From: Bacteroidota bacterium
Lineage (GTDB): Bacteria > Bacteroidota > Bacteroidia > Bacteroidales > BM520
Direction of reading: 5' to 3'
Length of the DNA stretch: 64,000 nt
Assembly: GCA_002748065.1 (NCBI GenBank)
Contig: PDRJ01000041.1
Location: 17,448 to 81,447 of the forward strand
Below the pieces are notes generated by a model. That model was not told the DNA's origin, did no database searches, and was given only the letters and a program-made list of their open reading frames with translations. A program made the translations under genes and the position numbers. Positions 1 through 10,605 of the stretch are shown piece after piece; within the stretch, counting starts at the first letter, position 1, and each line of letters begins with the position of its first letter.

Positions 1-176
1 TGTATAGAAAGTATTAATTCACCAAGTCTCTCACAAGAAGACACCAGAACGAAGTTTGTAGGTCATACGATTAGGCCTTATCTCTTCGAAAGAGAAGACG
101 AAGAGAAAGGCTCACAAAGTCAATATAGCGACGAATTGGGTTGTTTTCATACAGAGACACATTAAAACTCACACAG

Positions 177-1376
177 ATGAAGAAACTATTTGTTACACTG
201 TTGGCCTTTTTAGTGGCTGCGCCAGTTCTCTTTGCTCAGGAAGAGAAAAAAGAGGAGAAAAAAGGGTATGAATTTACCGTCATCAAAGAGATACCGGTAA
301 CAGCGGTACGGGATCAATACCGCAGCGGTACCTGTTGGTCCTTTTCGGGGTTAGGGCTACTGGAAGCCGAACTTTTGCGCATGGGAAAAGGCGAATACGA
401 CCTTTCAGAGGCCTTTATCATTCGCAACTGTTTTGAGGAGAAAGCCAACCGTTATGTGCGTTGGCATGGAAACCTCAACTTCGGTGGCGGTGGAGCATTC
501 CACGACGTAACATGGGTATGGAAAAACTTCGGCATTGTGCCGGAAGGAGCCTACACCGGACTGCCGGAAGGAGAAGAGAAGTTTGTCCATGGCGAACAGG
601 AAGAGGTGCTCAAAAACTACGTGGAGGGTATCGTAAAAAATAAAAACCGCAAACTCACCAAGGTGTGGATGCAGGGGTACGAAGGAATCCTCGATGCTTA
701 TCTGGGCGAAACACCGGAAACCTTCCTCTACGAAGGAAAAGAGTATACCCCTCAATCCTTTGCCAAGGAGTTAGGACTCGACATGGATGACTACGTAGAA
801 ATTTCCTCTTTCACCCACCACCCCTTCTATGAGCCCTTTATCATTGAAGTTCCGGACAATTGGCTTCATGACGTGGTATACAACGTACCGTTAAATGAGA
901 TGATGGAGGTGATCGACTATGCCATCGAAAACGGTTACACCATTGGCTGGGGTGCTGACATAAGTAACAAAGGTTTTTCCTGGAAAAATGGCGTGGCCAT
1001 CTTACCGGAGAAACCCATCGAAGCAAGTGCCGGCTCCGAAGTAGCCAAATGGGATGAGATGAGCAAAAAAGAGCAGCAAAATAGACTCTACAATTTTGAC
1101 GGCAGTGTGGTAGAAAAAGAGATTACGCAGGAGATGCGCCAGGAACATTTCGACAACTACCTCACCACAGACGACCATGGAATGCTGCTGTGTGGTATGG
1201 CCAAAGATCAAAATGGCAACGAATACTATAAGGTGAAAAATAGCTGGAATATCACCGGCAACGACTATGAAGGATTCTTCTACGCCAGTAAACCCTTCGT
1301 GGCTCAACAGACCATCGATATCATGCTTCATAAGGATGCCATCCCCAAACACATTCGCAAGAAATTAGGACTATAA
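177..1376 (+). CDS. pepC: Aminopeptidase C (C1B cysteine peptidase, bleomycin hydrolase family), exported
   Basis: Catalytic motifs QYRSGTCWSFS (Cys), DDHGM (His) and VKNSW (Asn). Signal peptide begins at ATG 177 (MKKLFVTLLAFLVAAPVLFA). Confidence 0.88.
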   Translation: MKKLFVTLLAFLVAAPVLFAQEEKKEEKKGYEFTVIKEIPVTAVRDQYRSGTCWSFSGLGLLEAELLRMGKGEYDLSEAFIIRNCFEEKANRYVRWHGNLNFGGGGAFHDVTWVWKNFGIVPEGAYTGLPEGEEKFVHGEQEEVLKNYVEGIVKNKNRKLTKVWMQGYEGILDAYLGETPETFLYEGKEYTPQSFAKELGLDMDDYVEISSFTHHPFYEPFIIEVPDNWLHDVVYNVPLNEMMEVIDYAIENGYTIGWGADISNKGFSWKNGVAILPEKPIEASAGSEVAKWDEMSKKEQQNRLYNFDGSVVEKEITQEMRQEHFDNYLTTDDHGMLLCGMAKDQNGNEYYKVKNSWNITGNDYEGFFYASKPFVAQQTIDIMLHKDAIPKHIRKKLGL

Positions 1377-1402
1377 AGATTGCACGCCCTATTCCCCCAT
1401 AC

Positions 1403-1436
1403 AAAGGCTGTTTCCTACTGAAACAGCCTTTTTTTA
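1403..1436 (+). terminator. Rho-independent terminator after pepC
   Basis: AAAGGCTGTTTC-ctact-GAAACAGCCTTT hairpin followed by a T-run. Confidence 0.85.
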
Positions 1437-1504
1437 TGCCGTTCTCTACCGCAAAAACAACCACAACCTATTCCATGTTGGCTTCCCTATGCAATTGTTA
1501 ATTC

Positions 1505-1551
1505 GAGGCCGTATAGCACATTCGAATTCGAGGCTTTCCAAGACTGAAAAT
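1505..1551 (-). mobile_element. Degenerate fragment of the MITE family
   Basis: gaggccgtatagcacattcgaattcgaggctttccaagactgaaaat aligns with the interior of the copy at 30333-30483. Confidence 0.6.
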
Positions 1552-1702
1552 CGAACGCCCCACCCAAGAAAACAACTCAACACACTTATAATCAGTCTTT
1601 AAAAAAAAGAACAAGAAATACAATACGTATGAATTGGTGATGAAAAAATAGGATACCTTTGTAAGCGTAGGCTTATGGTGTAACTCAAAAAATGCACGAC
1701 CT

Positions 1703-2986
1703 ATGAACAGAGTCATTCTTATTGCAGCCCTGCTGATTCCGGTATGGCTACATGCACAGAAGAGGGATACGACCACCGTCCCTTCCCAAAGGATCTCCTC
1801 ACTGGAGGCACAAATTGATTCGTTGCGAAACAGGGTCATCGTAATGGACTCCGAGATACAAGCGCTAAAACAGGGCGTAACGAAAGGGAAAACGGACATA
1901 GAGGAGATGCTGGCCATCTTTAGCACAAGCGACACGGGAGAGGTTCAATTTGAAACACGCTCCCGGTATAAACGAATCGATGAACTTCTCAAAAAGATAC
2001 AACAGCGTCCGGGACAATTGATCTTCAATGGCAATGTAACCAACATCAATCAATTTACCCTCAAAAATAAGGAGACAAAAACCTTCGGAACAGGCTCATT
2101 CGATATCTTTGCAACAACCTCTTTTGGGAAAGGCACGCTGCTGTTTATCGACCTGGAGGCCATTGGAGGCGATGGCCCCGACCTCCACGCCCCCACCTTT
2201 TCGGGACTCAATGGCGATGCCGGCAGCACCCAATCGCCGGACGGTATCGATCGGCTCAACGTATTAGAAGCGTGGGGTGAATTTACCATGTTCAAAGAGA
2301 TCTTAACCGTCACCATCGGGAAGATCGATTTAACCAACTACTTTGATAACAATGCTTATGCCAACGACGAAACCACACAGTTCATCAGTGGCTCCTTCAT
2401 CAATAACTCCTCCTTTGCGGTTCCTTCAAACGCCCCAGGAGTGCATTTCAGAACCACCTTCTTCAAACGGTATCACCTTCAGGTGGGACTCTCCAGCCAG
2501 AGAAATGAAGGGGTTAACCTCTTCAACAACCTGTACAAAATCGCCGGCTTGGGATTTACCTTTGCTCCCGACTCCGATTTTGAAGCAAACATACGCATGT
2601 ACGGCTATCAGGTACCGGCCGCCCGCAATGACTATGGCTTTGGCGTAAGTCTTGACAAGGTATTTTTCAATAAGTTCAATGTCTTTGGACGATATGGGCT
2701 AAACCATGATTCTGTAGCCAGTTATTGGGGAATTAGGTCCTCCTGGAGTACCGGATTTCGATTTATACAAACCATTGGAGAACAAGCTTTTGCCATAGGA
2801 ATCGCCTATGGCGAGAACTCCCCTTCTAACCCAAGCCTCAAGGATGAAAAAATAGCGGAGTTCTATATTATCCGGAAGCTCAACAAATGGGTGCACCTGT
2901 CACCCCACATCCAATACGTTTGGAACCACAGGGGATCCCATGAAGAGTTTATGGTTTTTGGATTACGAACCCATTTTAACTTCTAA
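1703..2986 (+). CDS. Outer-membrane porin, OprB/carbohydrate-porin-like, with N-terminal coiled coil
   Basis: Signal peptide, coiled-coil N-terminus, GKIDLTNYFDNNAYANDETTQF motif, beta-strand pattern and terminal Phe. Confidence 0.7.
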   Translation: MNRVILIAALLIPVWLHAQKRDTTTVPSQRISSLEAQIDSLRNRVIVMDSEIQALKQGVTKGKTDIEEMLAIFSTSDTGEVQFETRSRYKRIDELLKKIQQRPGQLIFNGNVTNINQFTLKNKETKTFGTGSFDIFATTSFGKGTLLFIDLEAIGGDGPDLHAPTFSGLNGDAGSTQSPDGIDRLNVLEAWGEFTMFKEILTVTIGKIDLTNYFDNNAYANDETTQFISGSFINNSSFAVPSNAPGVHFRTTFFKRYHLQVGLSSQRNEGVNLFNNLYKIAGLGFTFAPDSDFEANIRMYGYQVPAARNDYGFGVSLDKVFFNKFNVFGRYGLNHDSVASYWGIRSSWSTGFRFIQTIGEQAFAIGIAYGENSPSNPSLKDEKIAEFYIIRKLNKWVHLSPHIQYVWNHRGSHEEFMVFGLRTHFNF

Positions 2987-3069
2987 CCCACCCTCCTACC
3001 GACGCGTGCAGGAAGTATCCCAAAATTCTATTATTTTTGTCCTACCACAAGAAAAAGTGTAGGCTCATC

Positions 3070-4482
3070 ATGGATTGGAGGTTAGAAAATAGAAGAGGAC
3101 ACATCTACCATTTGTCGGAACTCACTAGTGAGCTAAAGATGGTAATCCAGGATCATTTTCGCCGTCCGGTATGGATAAAAGCAGAGATCTCCTCCATCAA
3201 AAAAGGGCAAAAAGGGCACTATTACCTTGAGCTTGTAGAGAACCGCTACGGGATCATCGAGTCCAAGGCTCAAGCCATGGTATGGGCCAGCCATGCCAAC
3301 CGCATCATCCCGCATTTTGAGGCGGCCACCGGAACCCGTCTAAGCAAAGGGATGACCATCCTTTTTCAAGGGAGTGTGGTCTTCCACATCATCTATGGCT
3401 TCTCCATTCATATCCAGTTTATTGATCCGGAATACACCCTGGGGGAGATGGCCAGGGAACGAGAAGCTGTCATTGCCCGACTTAGAAAAGAGGGGTTTAT
3501 GGAAATGAACAAAGAGCTCCTGCCCCCCACTGTTCCCCAGCGGTTAGCCATCATCGCCGCTCCGGGAAGCAAAGGGCTAAACGATTTCACCAAAACCCTT
3601 CAGACCCATTGCCATGCCATTGCGTTTGAGACGACCCTGTTCGCCGCCATTATGCAGGGAGAGAATGCGGCACCGGACATCATCCGTAACCTACGCATTA
3701 TTGAGGCACAACATCAGGACTACGATGTCATCATCCTCATAAGAGGCGGTGGCGCCGAGTTAGACCTAACCTGCTTCGATGAATATGAGTTGTGTGCAAT
3801 CCTCGCCCAGGTGTCTCTCCCAGTCATCACCGGCATCGGACACACCGATGACGAAACCATCTGCGATCTTATTGCCTCCCAAAGGACCAAAACCCCCACT
3901 GATGCGGCCATGTTTATTTGTGGAGCCATCGCCGACTTTCAACAACGGCTTCAGACAAGTGAAGAGGCGCTCCACCGCCATGCACAGAGCGCCCTGGAAA
4001 TGGCCAAAACAAACCTCAAAGGAAACGAGCAGCGACTCCAAAGGGAACTAACCCATCGCATACACTTCCAAAACAGTTATATCCAAAACCTCTCCACCAA
4101 CGTAAAGCGTATCACACAAAGCATCCTTGACCAGGAAAAAGAGCAAATAGCGCGAACCACCGCTACCATCAAGCAGAAATCAAACCTAGCCCTATTCCAA
4201 CAGAAAAACCTTCTAACAAGAAACCATCTCCTTATGGAGAGCAACGTAAAAAACAGGCTACTCCGGGAGGAGGAACGAATCCGTAACCTACAAAAACTGG
4301 TTCAGATTCTTCACCCGGAAAACACCTTAAGGCGAGGTTTCTCCATCACCCTAAAGGAGGGAAAAGCACTTACCGACAGCTCTTCCCTCAAAGAGGGAGA
4401 TCAGGTGGAGACCACACTCTTCAAAGGATCCATCACCTCCATGATCATCCGTAACACCCACAATAATGACAAAGAAAATTAG
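3070..4482 (+). CDS. xseA: Exodeoxyribonuclease VII large subunit
   Basis: OB-fold N-terminus (GHYYLELVE), IRGGG and TGIGHTDD motifs, C-terminal LRRGFSI; adjacent to xseB. Confidence 0.93.
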   Translation: MDWRLENRRGHIYHLSELTSELKMVIQDHFRRPVWIKAEISSIKKGQKGHYYLELVENRYGIIESKAQAMVWASHANRIIPHFEAATGTRLSKGMTILFQGSVVFHIIYGFSIHIQFIDPEYTLGEMAREREAVIARLRKEGFMEMNKELLPPTVPQRLAIIAAPGSKGLNDFTKTLQTHCHAIAFETTLFAAIMQGENAAPDIIRNLRIIEAQHQDYDVIILIRGGGAELDLTCFDEYELCAILAQVSLPVITGIGHTDDETICDLIASQRTKTPTDAAMFICGAIADFQQRLQTSEEALHRHAQSALEMAKTNLKGNEQRLQRELTHRIHFQNSYIQNLSTNVKRITQSILDQEKEQIARTTATIKQKSNLALFQQKNLLTRNHLLMESNVKNRLLREEERIRNLQKLVQILHPENTLRRGFSITLKEGKALTDSSSLKEGDQVETTLFKGSITSMIIRNTHNNDKEN

Positions 4483-4663
4483 CTACGACGAAGCCATTCA
4501 AGAGCTGGAAACCATCGTATCAGAGATGGAAGAAGACATCAGCATTGATCAACTCAGCATACAGGTCAAACGAGCCACCGAGCTCATCGATATTTGCCGC
4601 AAAAAACTGTTAAAGACAGAGACAGAGGTCAACAAAATCCTCCATAAAGAGGAGGAGGAATAG
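4466..4663 (+). CDS. xseB: Exodeoxyribonuclease VII small subunit
   Basis: SYDEAIQELETIVSEME...CRKKL pattern; overlaps the xseA stop. Confidence 0.92.
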   Translation: MTKKISYDEAIQELETIVSEMEEDISIDQLSIQVKRATELIDICRKKLLKTETEVNKILHKEEEE

Positions 4664-4668
4664 CCTCA

Positions 4669-5832
4669 CTATAACACGCCCACCAGTTGGGCCAAGAGAA
4701 AGAAATAGTGCGCCAGGATGCCGGCAAACAACCCCCCAATGGTGTGGGAGAGCAGAGCCTTTGAGGTAAGTTGGCGATACCCCAAGGTATCGAGCATAGC
4801 CGTGTGCGTACTCAAATAGCCACTCCAACACATCCCCATGGCGGTAAAAACGGCAATCGCATTACCGTTGATAAGTCCCTCGGCGACATACATCTTCACC
4901 AGAGAGAGGGCAGCTCCCACAGCTCCAAGCGAGGTGATGGGAAAGGCGATAAGCTCAGGATCTTCGAAGCCAAAGAGAAGCTCAAATGCACCACTGATAT
5001 ACTGCGCCAACCACGGCAACACCGGCACCCCTTCGTAGGCAAGCCCTTGATAGCCCACCGCAGCATCTTTGGGTCCAAAGGTGAGAATCATTACGATGGT
5101 AGAGATCACCAAAACCCCGGGAATGATGGAGAGGCCCAACTGAACCCCCGACTTGCCGCCATCCAAAATGGAGTTCAACAACCGCATAAAGGAGGAGCCC
5201 TCCGACTTAAACGAGATGCAGGTATCATCGCCCTGAACCTCCTTTATGGATAATTTCTCCAGCTCTTTTTTTGAGAACCTCTGCATCAAACGGGTGGAGA
5301 TAATCGCACCACAGACCGCCCCAAGAAGCCCCACCATGGCCGGCATGAAGTAACCAAACCCACTCATAAAGGTGATCACGATCAGTCCCATGCCAAAGGA
5401 TGTTCCAAAGTTGGTCAGCGAAACCAACTCATAAGTCTTAAAGTATCGGCTGAAGTTTTTGTCATTGGAGAGGGAAATAATCGCAGGGTTATCGGAGAAG
5501 AAGGTCATCACTCCGGCCAATGCTGAAACTCCCGGAAGATTAAAGAGCGGGCGCATCAATGGTGCCAACAGGGCTTCCAAAAGACGTACCACCCCAAACT
5601 CGATCATCAAACGGGACAAGGCTCCTGTCAAAACCGTAATCCCCATCAAATAGAAAACGGTATTCATCAACAGATCCCAAGCCGTATTCATGATGGTGTT
5701 GAGCATATTAGAAACCCCCATCACCGAGCCCAACCCCCCAAAAAAGGCAAAGAAGAATAACAAAAAAATAAAAGCCTCGTAGCGTCTTTTCTTCAGAAAT
5801 AGGCTATTGCGGAGTTGTTTTAAGGCTGCCAT
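4669..5832 (-). CDS. Multi-pass membrane protein, nucleoside-recognition Gate domain (CD0519/CD1768-like)
   Basis: Many TM helices; PLMRPLFNLPG, FFSDNPAI, TNFGTSFGMG and WSGYLSTH motifs recalled from this family. Confidence 0.65.
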   Translation of the reverse strand: MAALKQLRNSLFLKKRRYEAFIFLLFFFAFFGGLGSVMGVSNMLNTIMNTAWDLLMNTVFYLMGITVLTGALSRLMIEFGVVRLLEALLAPLMRPLFNLPGVSALAGVMTFFSDNPAIISLSNDKNFSRYFKTYELVSLTNFGTSFGMGLIVITFMSGFGYFMPAMVGLLGAVCGAIISTRLMQRFSKKELEKLSIKEVQGDDTCISFKSEGSSFMRLLNSILDGGKSGVQLGLSIIPGVLVISTIVMILTFGPKDAAVGYQGLAYEGVPVLPWLAQYISGAFELLFGFEDPELIAFPITSLGAVGAALSLVKMYVAEGLINGNAIAVFTAMGMCWSGYLSTHTAMLDTLGYRQLTSKALLSHTIGGLFAGILAHYFFLLAQLVGVL

Positions 5833-5925
5833 GACAACTTAATTTACATTTCCCAATTAATCTATATATCAGGGCACGAAAGTAGTAAAAAATAGTGTAT
5901 GTTTGCCCGCGAAAATTTTTGAGCA

Positions 5926-6681
5926 ATGAAGCAACGGACAACCATTATTCTTGCCTTCTTATGGTGTATGTGTGCACCCTTTCTTTCCAAAGGAAACAAC
6001 GATGAGGAGAAGACCGCCCATACCACAAACATAAAAGGAGACCTTTCGCTATCGTTACAGAACCAACACTACTGGCGAGGCATAAAGACCGGACAAGGAC
6101 TGAGTCTGGAGTTGGGAGGTAATTTACAGATCACCAAATCCCTTCAAGCGGGAATATGGAATGGGATAGCTCTTAACAGCTCCTACAAAGAGGTTGACTT
6201 TTACCTCTCCTGGAATCAGAAAAACCTCACCATCACACTGTTGGACTACTATTGTCCCAGGGAGAGGATCTTTAGCGACGAATTTACCGACGTGAAAAGC
6301 CATACCACCCCCCACTTAACAGACCTACAAATTGCATACAACATTCCCAGGACGCCTTTTACTCTTATGGCAAGCACCCTGTTTTGGGGCTGCGACCTCA
6401 ATGCCAAAGGCAAAAACTACTACAGCACCTACCTAGAGCTGGGATACACCCAATCATTTGACGAGATGAACACCCGTATTCTACTAGGTTACAGTCTATG
6501 GGAAGGCATCTATGGTTCCAAAAGGGGCATTGTAAACATGGAAATTGCAGCAGAATACCCTCTCATCAAACGAGAGGCCTTTGCCCTGTTAGTCAACACA
6601 CACTTTATCTATAATCCCCTAAAAAAGAAGCTCTATTTTGGCGCGGGAGTCTCCCTAAAAAAGAGCAACCAGGGCTCATAA
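5926..6681 (+). CDS. Putative small outer-membrane beta-barrel (TorF-like porin)
   Basis: Signal peptide; HYWRG, KEVDFYLSW and STYLELGY strand motifs. Confidence 0.55.
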   Translation: MKQRTTIILAFLWCMCAPFLSKGNNDEEKTAHTTNIKGDLSLSLQNQHYWRGIKTGQGLSLELGGNLQITKSLQAGIWNGIALNSSYKEVDFYLSWNQKNLTITLLDYYCPRERIFSDEFTDVKSHTTPHLTDLQIAYNIPRTPFTLMASTLFWGCDLNAKGKNYYSTYLELGYTQSFDEMNTRILLGYSLWEGIYGSKRGIVNMEIAAEYPLIKREAFALLVNTHFIYNPLKKKLYFGAGVSLKKSNQGS

Positions 6682-6905
6682 AAGAGTGATCGGTTTTCTA
6701 ATACCCCCGCAAGAGGAGCAACAAGAGAAGAGCGGTAGTAGGCGTATGCTGATATGCCAACCAGAGGAATCTACCACGTAATAACATCCCCAACCGCTAG
6801 AGGGACAATGAGGAGAGGGCCTCTTCCTGAGAGGAGGTAAATTTTACAAGGAGAAGCGGAAAGAATCGAATATAAACCGTAACTTTGTTCATCAAATTAT
6901 CAACA

Positions 6906-7598
6906 ATGATTACGAAACTCTTTCCTGAACAACGCCTTGCAACTGCCATTGAAGACAACCCCTCGCTCTTGTTCATGCTTGAATATTTCAACATATCCCA
7001 TCCCATAAAACATAAAACCATTGCCAACATCTGCGCAGAGAGCCAAATTAATCCCCATCTAATGATTTTAATTGGTGATATGTACAATGGGGAAACCGGT
7101 CAACCTGATATCACGCATATTACCGAAGAAGACATCCCAACCATCCTCTCCTTTCTCAAAAACACCCATAAGCAATACATCAAAGAGAAATATCCAGAGA
7201 TAGAGACGCTTATCGGACGCCTCAAAGAGATCTCAAACCCCATTGAATTTACACAGATAGAAACTTTCTTCAGGGAGTACTTTGCCGAGGTTATTGAACA
7301 CTTGGATTATGAAGACAAATACGCGTTTCCCTACTTCTATGAGATGTTAAGCAACAACCGGGTAACAAACCACTCTTTCTCTGCTGCAGAGTACAAAAAT
7401 CACCACTCTGATATCGAGACCAAACTATCCGACCTTAAAACACTCCTGTTGCAACATATCAGTATGGAGAAAGGGATCTCTATTCGCCGAAAAATTCTCC
7501 TTAAACTCTTCGAACTTCAAAAGGATCTCACGGTACATTCAAGAATTGAAGAACAAATACTCCTTCCCATTGTTGAGAGACTGGAATATCGTCGTTAG
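6906..7598 (+). CDS. Hemerythrin (HHE) domain protein
   Basis: N-terminal TIANICAE segment; THKQY, EHLDYED...FP, HHSDIE and VHSRIEEQILLP metal-ligand pattern. Confidence 0.82.
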   Translation: MITKLFPEQRLATAIEDNPSLLFMLEYFNISHPIKHKTIANICAESQINPHLMILIGDMYNGETGQPDITHITEEDIPTILSFLKNTHKQYIKEKYPEIETLIGRLKEISNPIEFTQIETFFREYFAEVIEHLDYEDKYAFPYFYEMLSNNRVTNHSFSAAEYKNHHSDIETKLSDLKTLLLQHISMEKGISIRRKILLKLFELQKDLTVHSRIEEQILLPIVERLEYRR

Positions 7599-7650
7599 TT
7601 CCTAAACAGCTATGATCTAAAAACGAATATGCCTCCGCAAAAAATCAATC

Positions 7651-8232
7651 ATGGATAAAAAGATTCTTCGCATCACCATTACCGAACATTCTGAGATCCT
7701 ATCAGAAGGGTTGTTATCCATGCTAAAAGGACATAACCCAGCCTTGATCGTCTCTCGAATTGACCATTTCCAGGATCTCGAAAATCATTGCTTAAGACAT
7801 GATGTAGATATCATTTTCATCAACCCTTCCCTCATCCTAAATCAGGAAAAGAATTTCATTCGATTCAAGAAGAGTTATCCTGCCACGTCTGTGGTAGCCA
7901 TCGTATACCAACTCTTTCCCCAAGAGGTTCTCAGGCTCTTCGACGAGACCATTACAATCACCGACAACAGCTTGGCGATCATGGGGAAAATCGATCATCT
8001 TTTATCCACGGAACGAGAAACGACCCTCACCAATGATGACCTTACGGAGAGGGAATTGGAAGTTCTTATTGCCATTACCAAGGGATTATCCAACAAAGAG
8101 ATTGCCGACGAACTCAACATCAGCATCCACACCGTCATCAGCCATCGAAAAAACATCTCCGAAAAAACCGGTATTAAGAGCATCTCCGGCCTCACCATTT
8201 ACGCCATTTCACAAAAGATCATTCCGTTATAG
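7651..8232 (+). CDS. LuxR-family regulator with degenerate receiver domain (CdhR-like)
   Basis: LTERELEVL...GLSNKEIADELNISIHTVISHRKNI HTH. Receiver-like N-terminus has IFINP where the phospho-Asp is expected. Lies directly downstream of the hemerythrin gene. Confidence 0.85.
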   Translation: MDKKILRITITEHSEILSEGLLSMLKGHNPALIVSRIDHFQDLENHCLRHDVDIIFINPSLILNQEKNFIRFKKSYPATSVVAIVYQLFPQEVLRLFDETITITDNSLAIMGKIDHLLSTERETTLTNDDLTERELEVLIAITKGLSNKEIADELNISIHTVISHRKNISEKTGIKSISGLTIYAISQKIIPL

Positions 8233-8267
8233 GGCGTAGTGACACAAAGACTTAATATTACGACATT

Positions 8268-10580
8268 TTAAAAAGAGAAGGAGAGGATAAGTTTTATGTT
8301 CCTTCCCATTGCAGGGATGTAAGAGCCGAAAGGACGATAATCATCATCCAACAGGTTCTCACACACCAACCTTAACTGGGGATGTCCGGGCAGCAAATGA
8401 GAACGCAACTCCAAGGAGGCATTAATCACAAAATGTGCTTCTGAGGGCACATAACCCCAAGGCCCCCCTCCTGTCCCTTCCGGAATCTCAGCCACACGTT
8501 TTTGGGGAGCCGCATACGCTGGGTTCAATCTCACCACATAGCCTGTTAACCACCGATAAGAAGTAGTTCCCTGATATCGAAGGTCAAGTTTCACCGTAAG
8601 CGGCGGCATTCCAAACAGTGGTTTTGACTGATCATCGGATAGTTCAACCCCATACACGTACGAGGCTCCTCCCCGAAGGGTAAGTACCTGGCCTCCCCCG
8701 AAAACACGGGGAATCCGGTAGGCTAAAGAGAGTTCTCCCCCGGTCAGTTGCGCATTGGTATTCTCCAACGTAAAATCCACATCAGGATCATCAGATGGAG
8801 CTTCATTGATAAAACCATCCAACAGATTATGGAAAAGGGCTAGATCAAACTTCATCCGATGATCCAGAGCCTGGCCACGGAGGCCCAGGTCAAAATTCCA
8901 GCCATACTCCGGGCTAAGAGCAGGATTTCCCTGTTTAACTCCCTTACAACTAACCACTTTCACATAGAGCTCCTCGGCAGTAGGCATCCGAAAAGCCCTC
9001 CCCGCATTCAGCGAGATACGAAAGCTCTCCTTAGGGGCATAGACCACCCCCACATTGCCACTAAGCGCCTCCCTGTTGGCTCGGCGTGCCTGCGAAAGTT
9101 CTCCTTCTCCCTCAATCACCCGGTAAAGATCATAGCGAAGCCCCGTTATTAGACGGACCCGATCAAAAGCACTCCACTCATCGCGCACAAAGGCACTCAG
9201 GTTATCCTGCCCCGTATTCTTAGAACCCTCCACATATCCATGAGTATCATTATAAAAATCAAATAGTTCCAATGGATTATCCAAACGGAAATAGTAGCCG
9301 TCAACGCCCGTTGTAAGGGTATGATTCTCCGAGGGGCGAATCTTGGTAAAGATCCGGGTTCCACCATAGTCATTTTTATAATGGTGAAGATTTAATGAAG
9401 AGACCCGACCACTTACGGCACTAAACTTATATTGATAGTAGTCGCGCCAGCCATCATCATAAAAAAAGTTTACCCGCACAAACTCCACTATCTTATTTTT
9501 GGGAGAGTAGGTATACGACATATCGGCATGAAAACTCTGCTCCTTATTACGAATCTTCGTAAAAAACTTTGTAGGGCCATTAAATCCCCTTGGCTTTCCC
9601 CAATCCCCATAGTGATAGGTAGCATTGAGAAGAACTTTATGTACTTCTGAGAATTTATAACCAGTATTCAAGGCCACATCCCGATCTTCCACATCGCTAT
9701 TCTTTGCTATCTCACCGCCACCATATCTCATGGCTCCCGTCTTCCGGTACTTCCCATTCAGGGAAAATCCAAACTTCTCCCGCTTATGACGGACTTTCAA
9801 TATCTCCAAAAACTCATTATTGTTGGATCCATAACCGGAGTGAATCTGCACCCTATTCTCATTACCATCAAAGGGTTCGTCACTAATCACATTAATAATC
9901 CCCGAGATAGCACCACTACCATAAATCACGGACCCGGGTCCTTTGATCACCTCAACCCTTTTGGTATCGTAAATATTCATATCCTGGCCAAAATAACCAC
10001 CAGGAAACGTACCAATACGACGGTTCCCATCCTTTAGGATCAACAACCGGTTGGAGTTAAGGCCCCGTAAGATAATGGGAGAGTGATATTCCCAAACTTG
10101 GGTAAAACCGGGAATATCCGCCAAAAGATCGGCCATATTTGAGCGCATCTGAGAGACAATCTCCCTGGGGGGAATCAAGTGAGCTGACCGCGTGAGGTTC
10201 TTCATGGGCTGCTCATAGAGGCTCGCAGAGATCACCACATCTGATAGCTCCATACTCACAGGCTTCAAATAGAAGGTCTGAGGAGTCAACAACGCCTCCC
10301 TATGGATAACCAGCTTTTGAGGCTCATACCCTAGATGACTAATCACCAAAGTGGAACCTTCATGATCACGGAGCGATAACTGAAACTTCCCCTCTTCATC
10401 GGTGGTTACTCCCCGGGCACTCCCCTCCTCCAACACATGTGCATAGGCCACAGGGGCGTGAGAAGAGGCATCCAACACCACTCCCCGGAAGAAAAGTGAC
10501 TCTCCTTGCGCAAAGCCCCCCAAAGAAGCCATAAAAAGAGCCATACCCAAAAGCATCATAGCAAAAACCCTATTCCTCAT
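8268..10580 (-). CDS. TonB-dependent receptor
   Basis: CarboxypepD_reg-like N-terminus, VVISAS TonB-box region, plug motif VEVIKGPGSVIYGSGAISGIINVI, terminal Phe. ATG 10580 gives a signal peptide. Confidence 0.9.
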   Translation of the reverse strand: MRNRVFAMMLLGMALFMASLGGFAQGESLFFRGVVLDASSHAPVAYAHVLEEGSARGVTTDEEGKFQLSLRDHEGSTLVISHLGYEPQKLVIHREALLTPQTFYLKPVSMELSDVVISASLYEQPMKNLTRSAHLIPPREIVSQMRSNMADLLADIPGFTQVWEYHSPIILRGLNSNRLLILKDGNRRIGTFPGGYFGQDMNIYDTKRVEVIKGPGSVIYGSGAISGIINVISDEPFDGNENRVQIHSGYGSNNNEFLEILKVRHKREKFGFSLNGKYRKTGAMRYGGGEIAKNSDVEDRDVALNTGYKFSEVHKVLLNATYHYGDWGKPRGFNGPTKFFTKIRNKEQSFHADMSYTYSPKNKIVEFVRVNFFYDDGWRDYYQYKFSAVSGRVSSLNLHHYKNDYGGTRIFTKIRPSENHTLTTGVDGYYFRLDNPLELFDFYNDTHGYVEGSKNTGQDNLSAFVRDEWSAFDRVRLITGLRYDLYRVIEGEGELSQARRANREALSGNVGVVYAPKESFRISLNAGRAFRMPTAEELYVKVVSCKGVKQGNPALSPEYGWNFDLGLRGQALDHRMKFDLALFHNLLDGFINEAPSDDPDVDFTLENTNAQLTGGELSLAYRIPRVFGGGQVLTLRGGASYVYGVELSDDQSKPLFGMPPLTVKLDLRYQGTTSYRWLTGYVVRLNPAYAAPQKRVAEIPEGTGGGPWGYVPSEAHFVINASLELRSHLLPGHPQLRLVCENLLDDDYRPFGSYIPAMGRNIKLILSFSF

Positions 10581-10605
10581 AGAAAAATCAATTTTAGAAG
10601 TCATC

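Noticed and set aside
6682-6880. Possible ncRNA between the beta-barrel and hemerythrin genes
   Set aside because: Only short stems (GGCGTAT/ATATGCC, CCTCT/AGAGG); no recognisable family or terminator.
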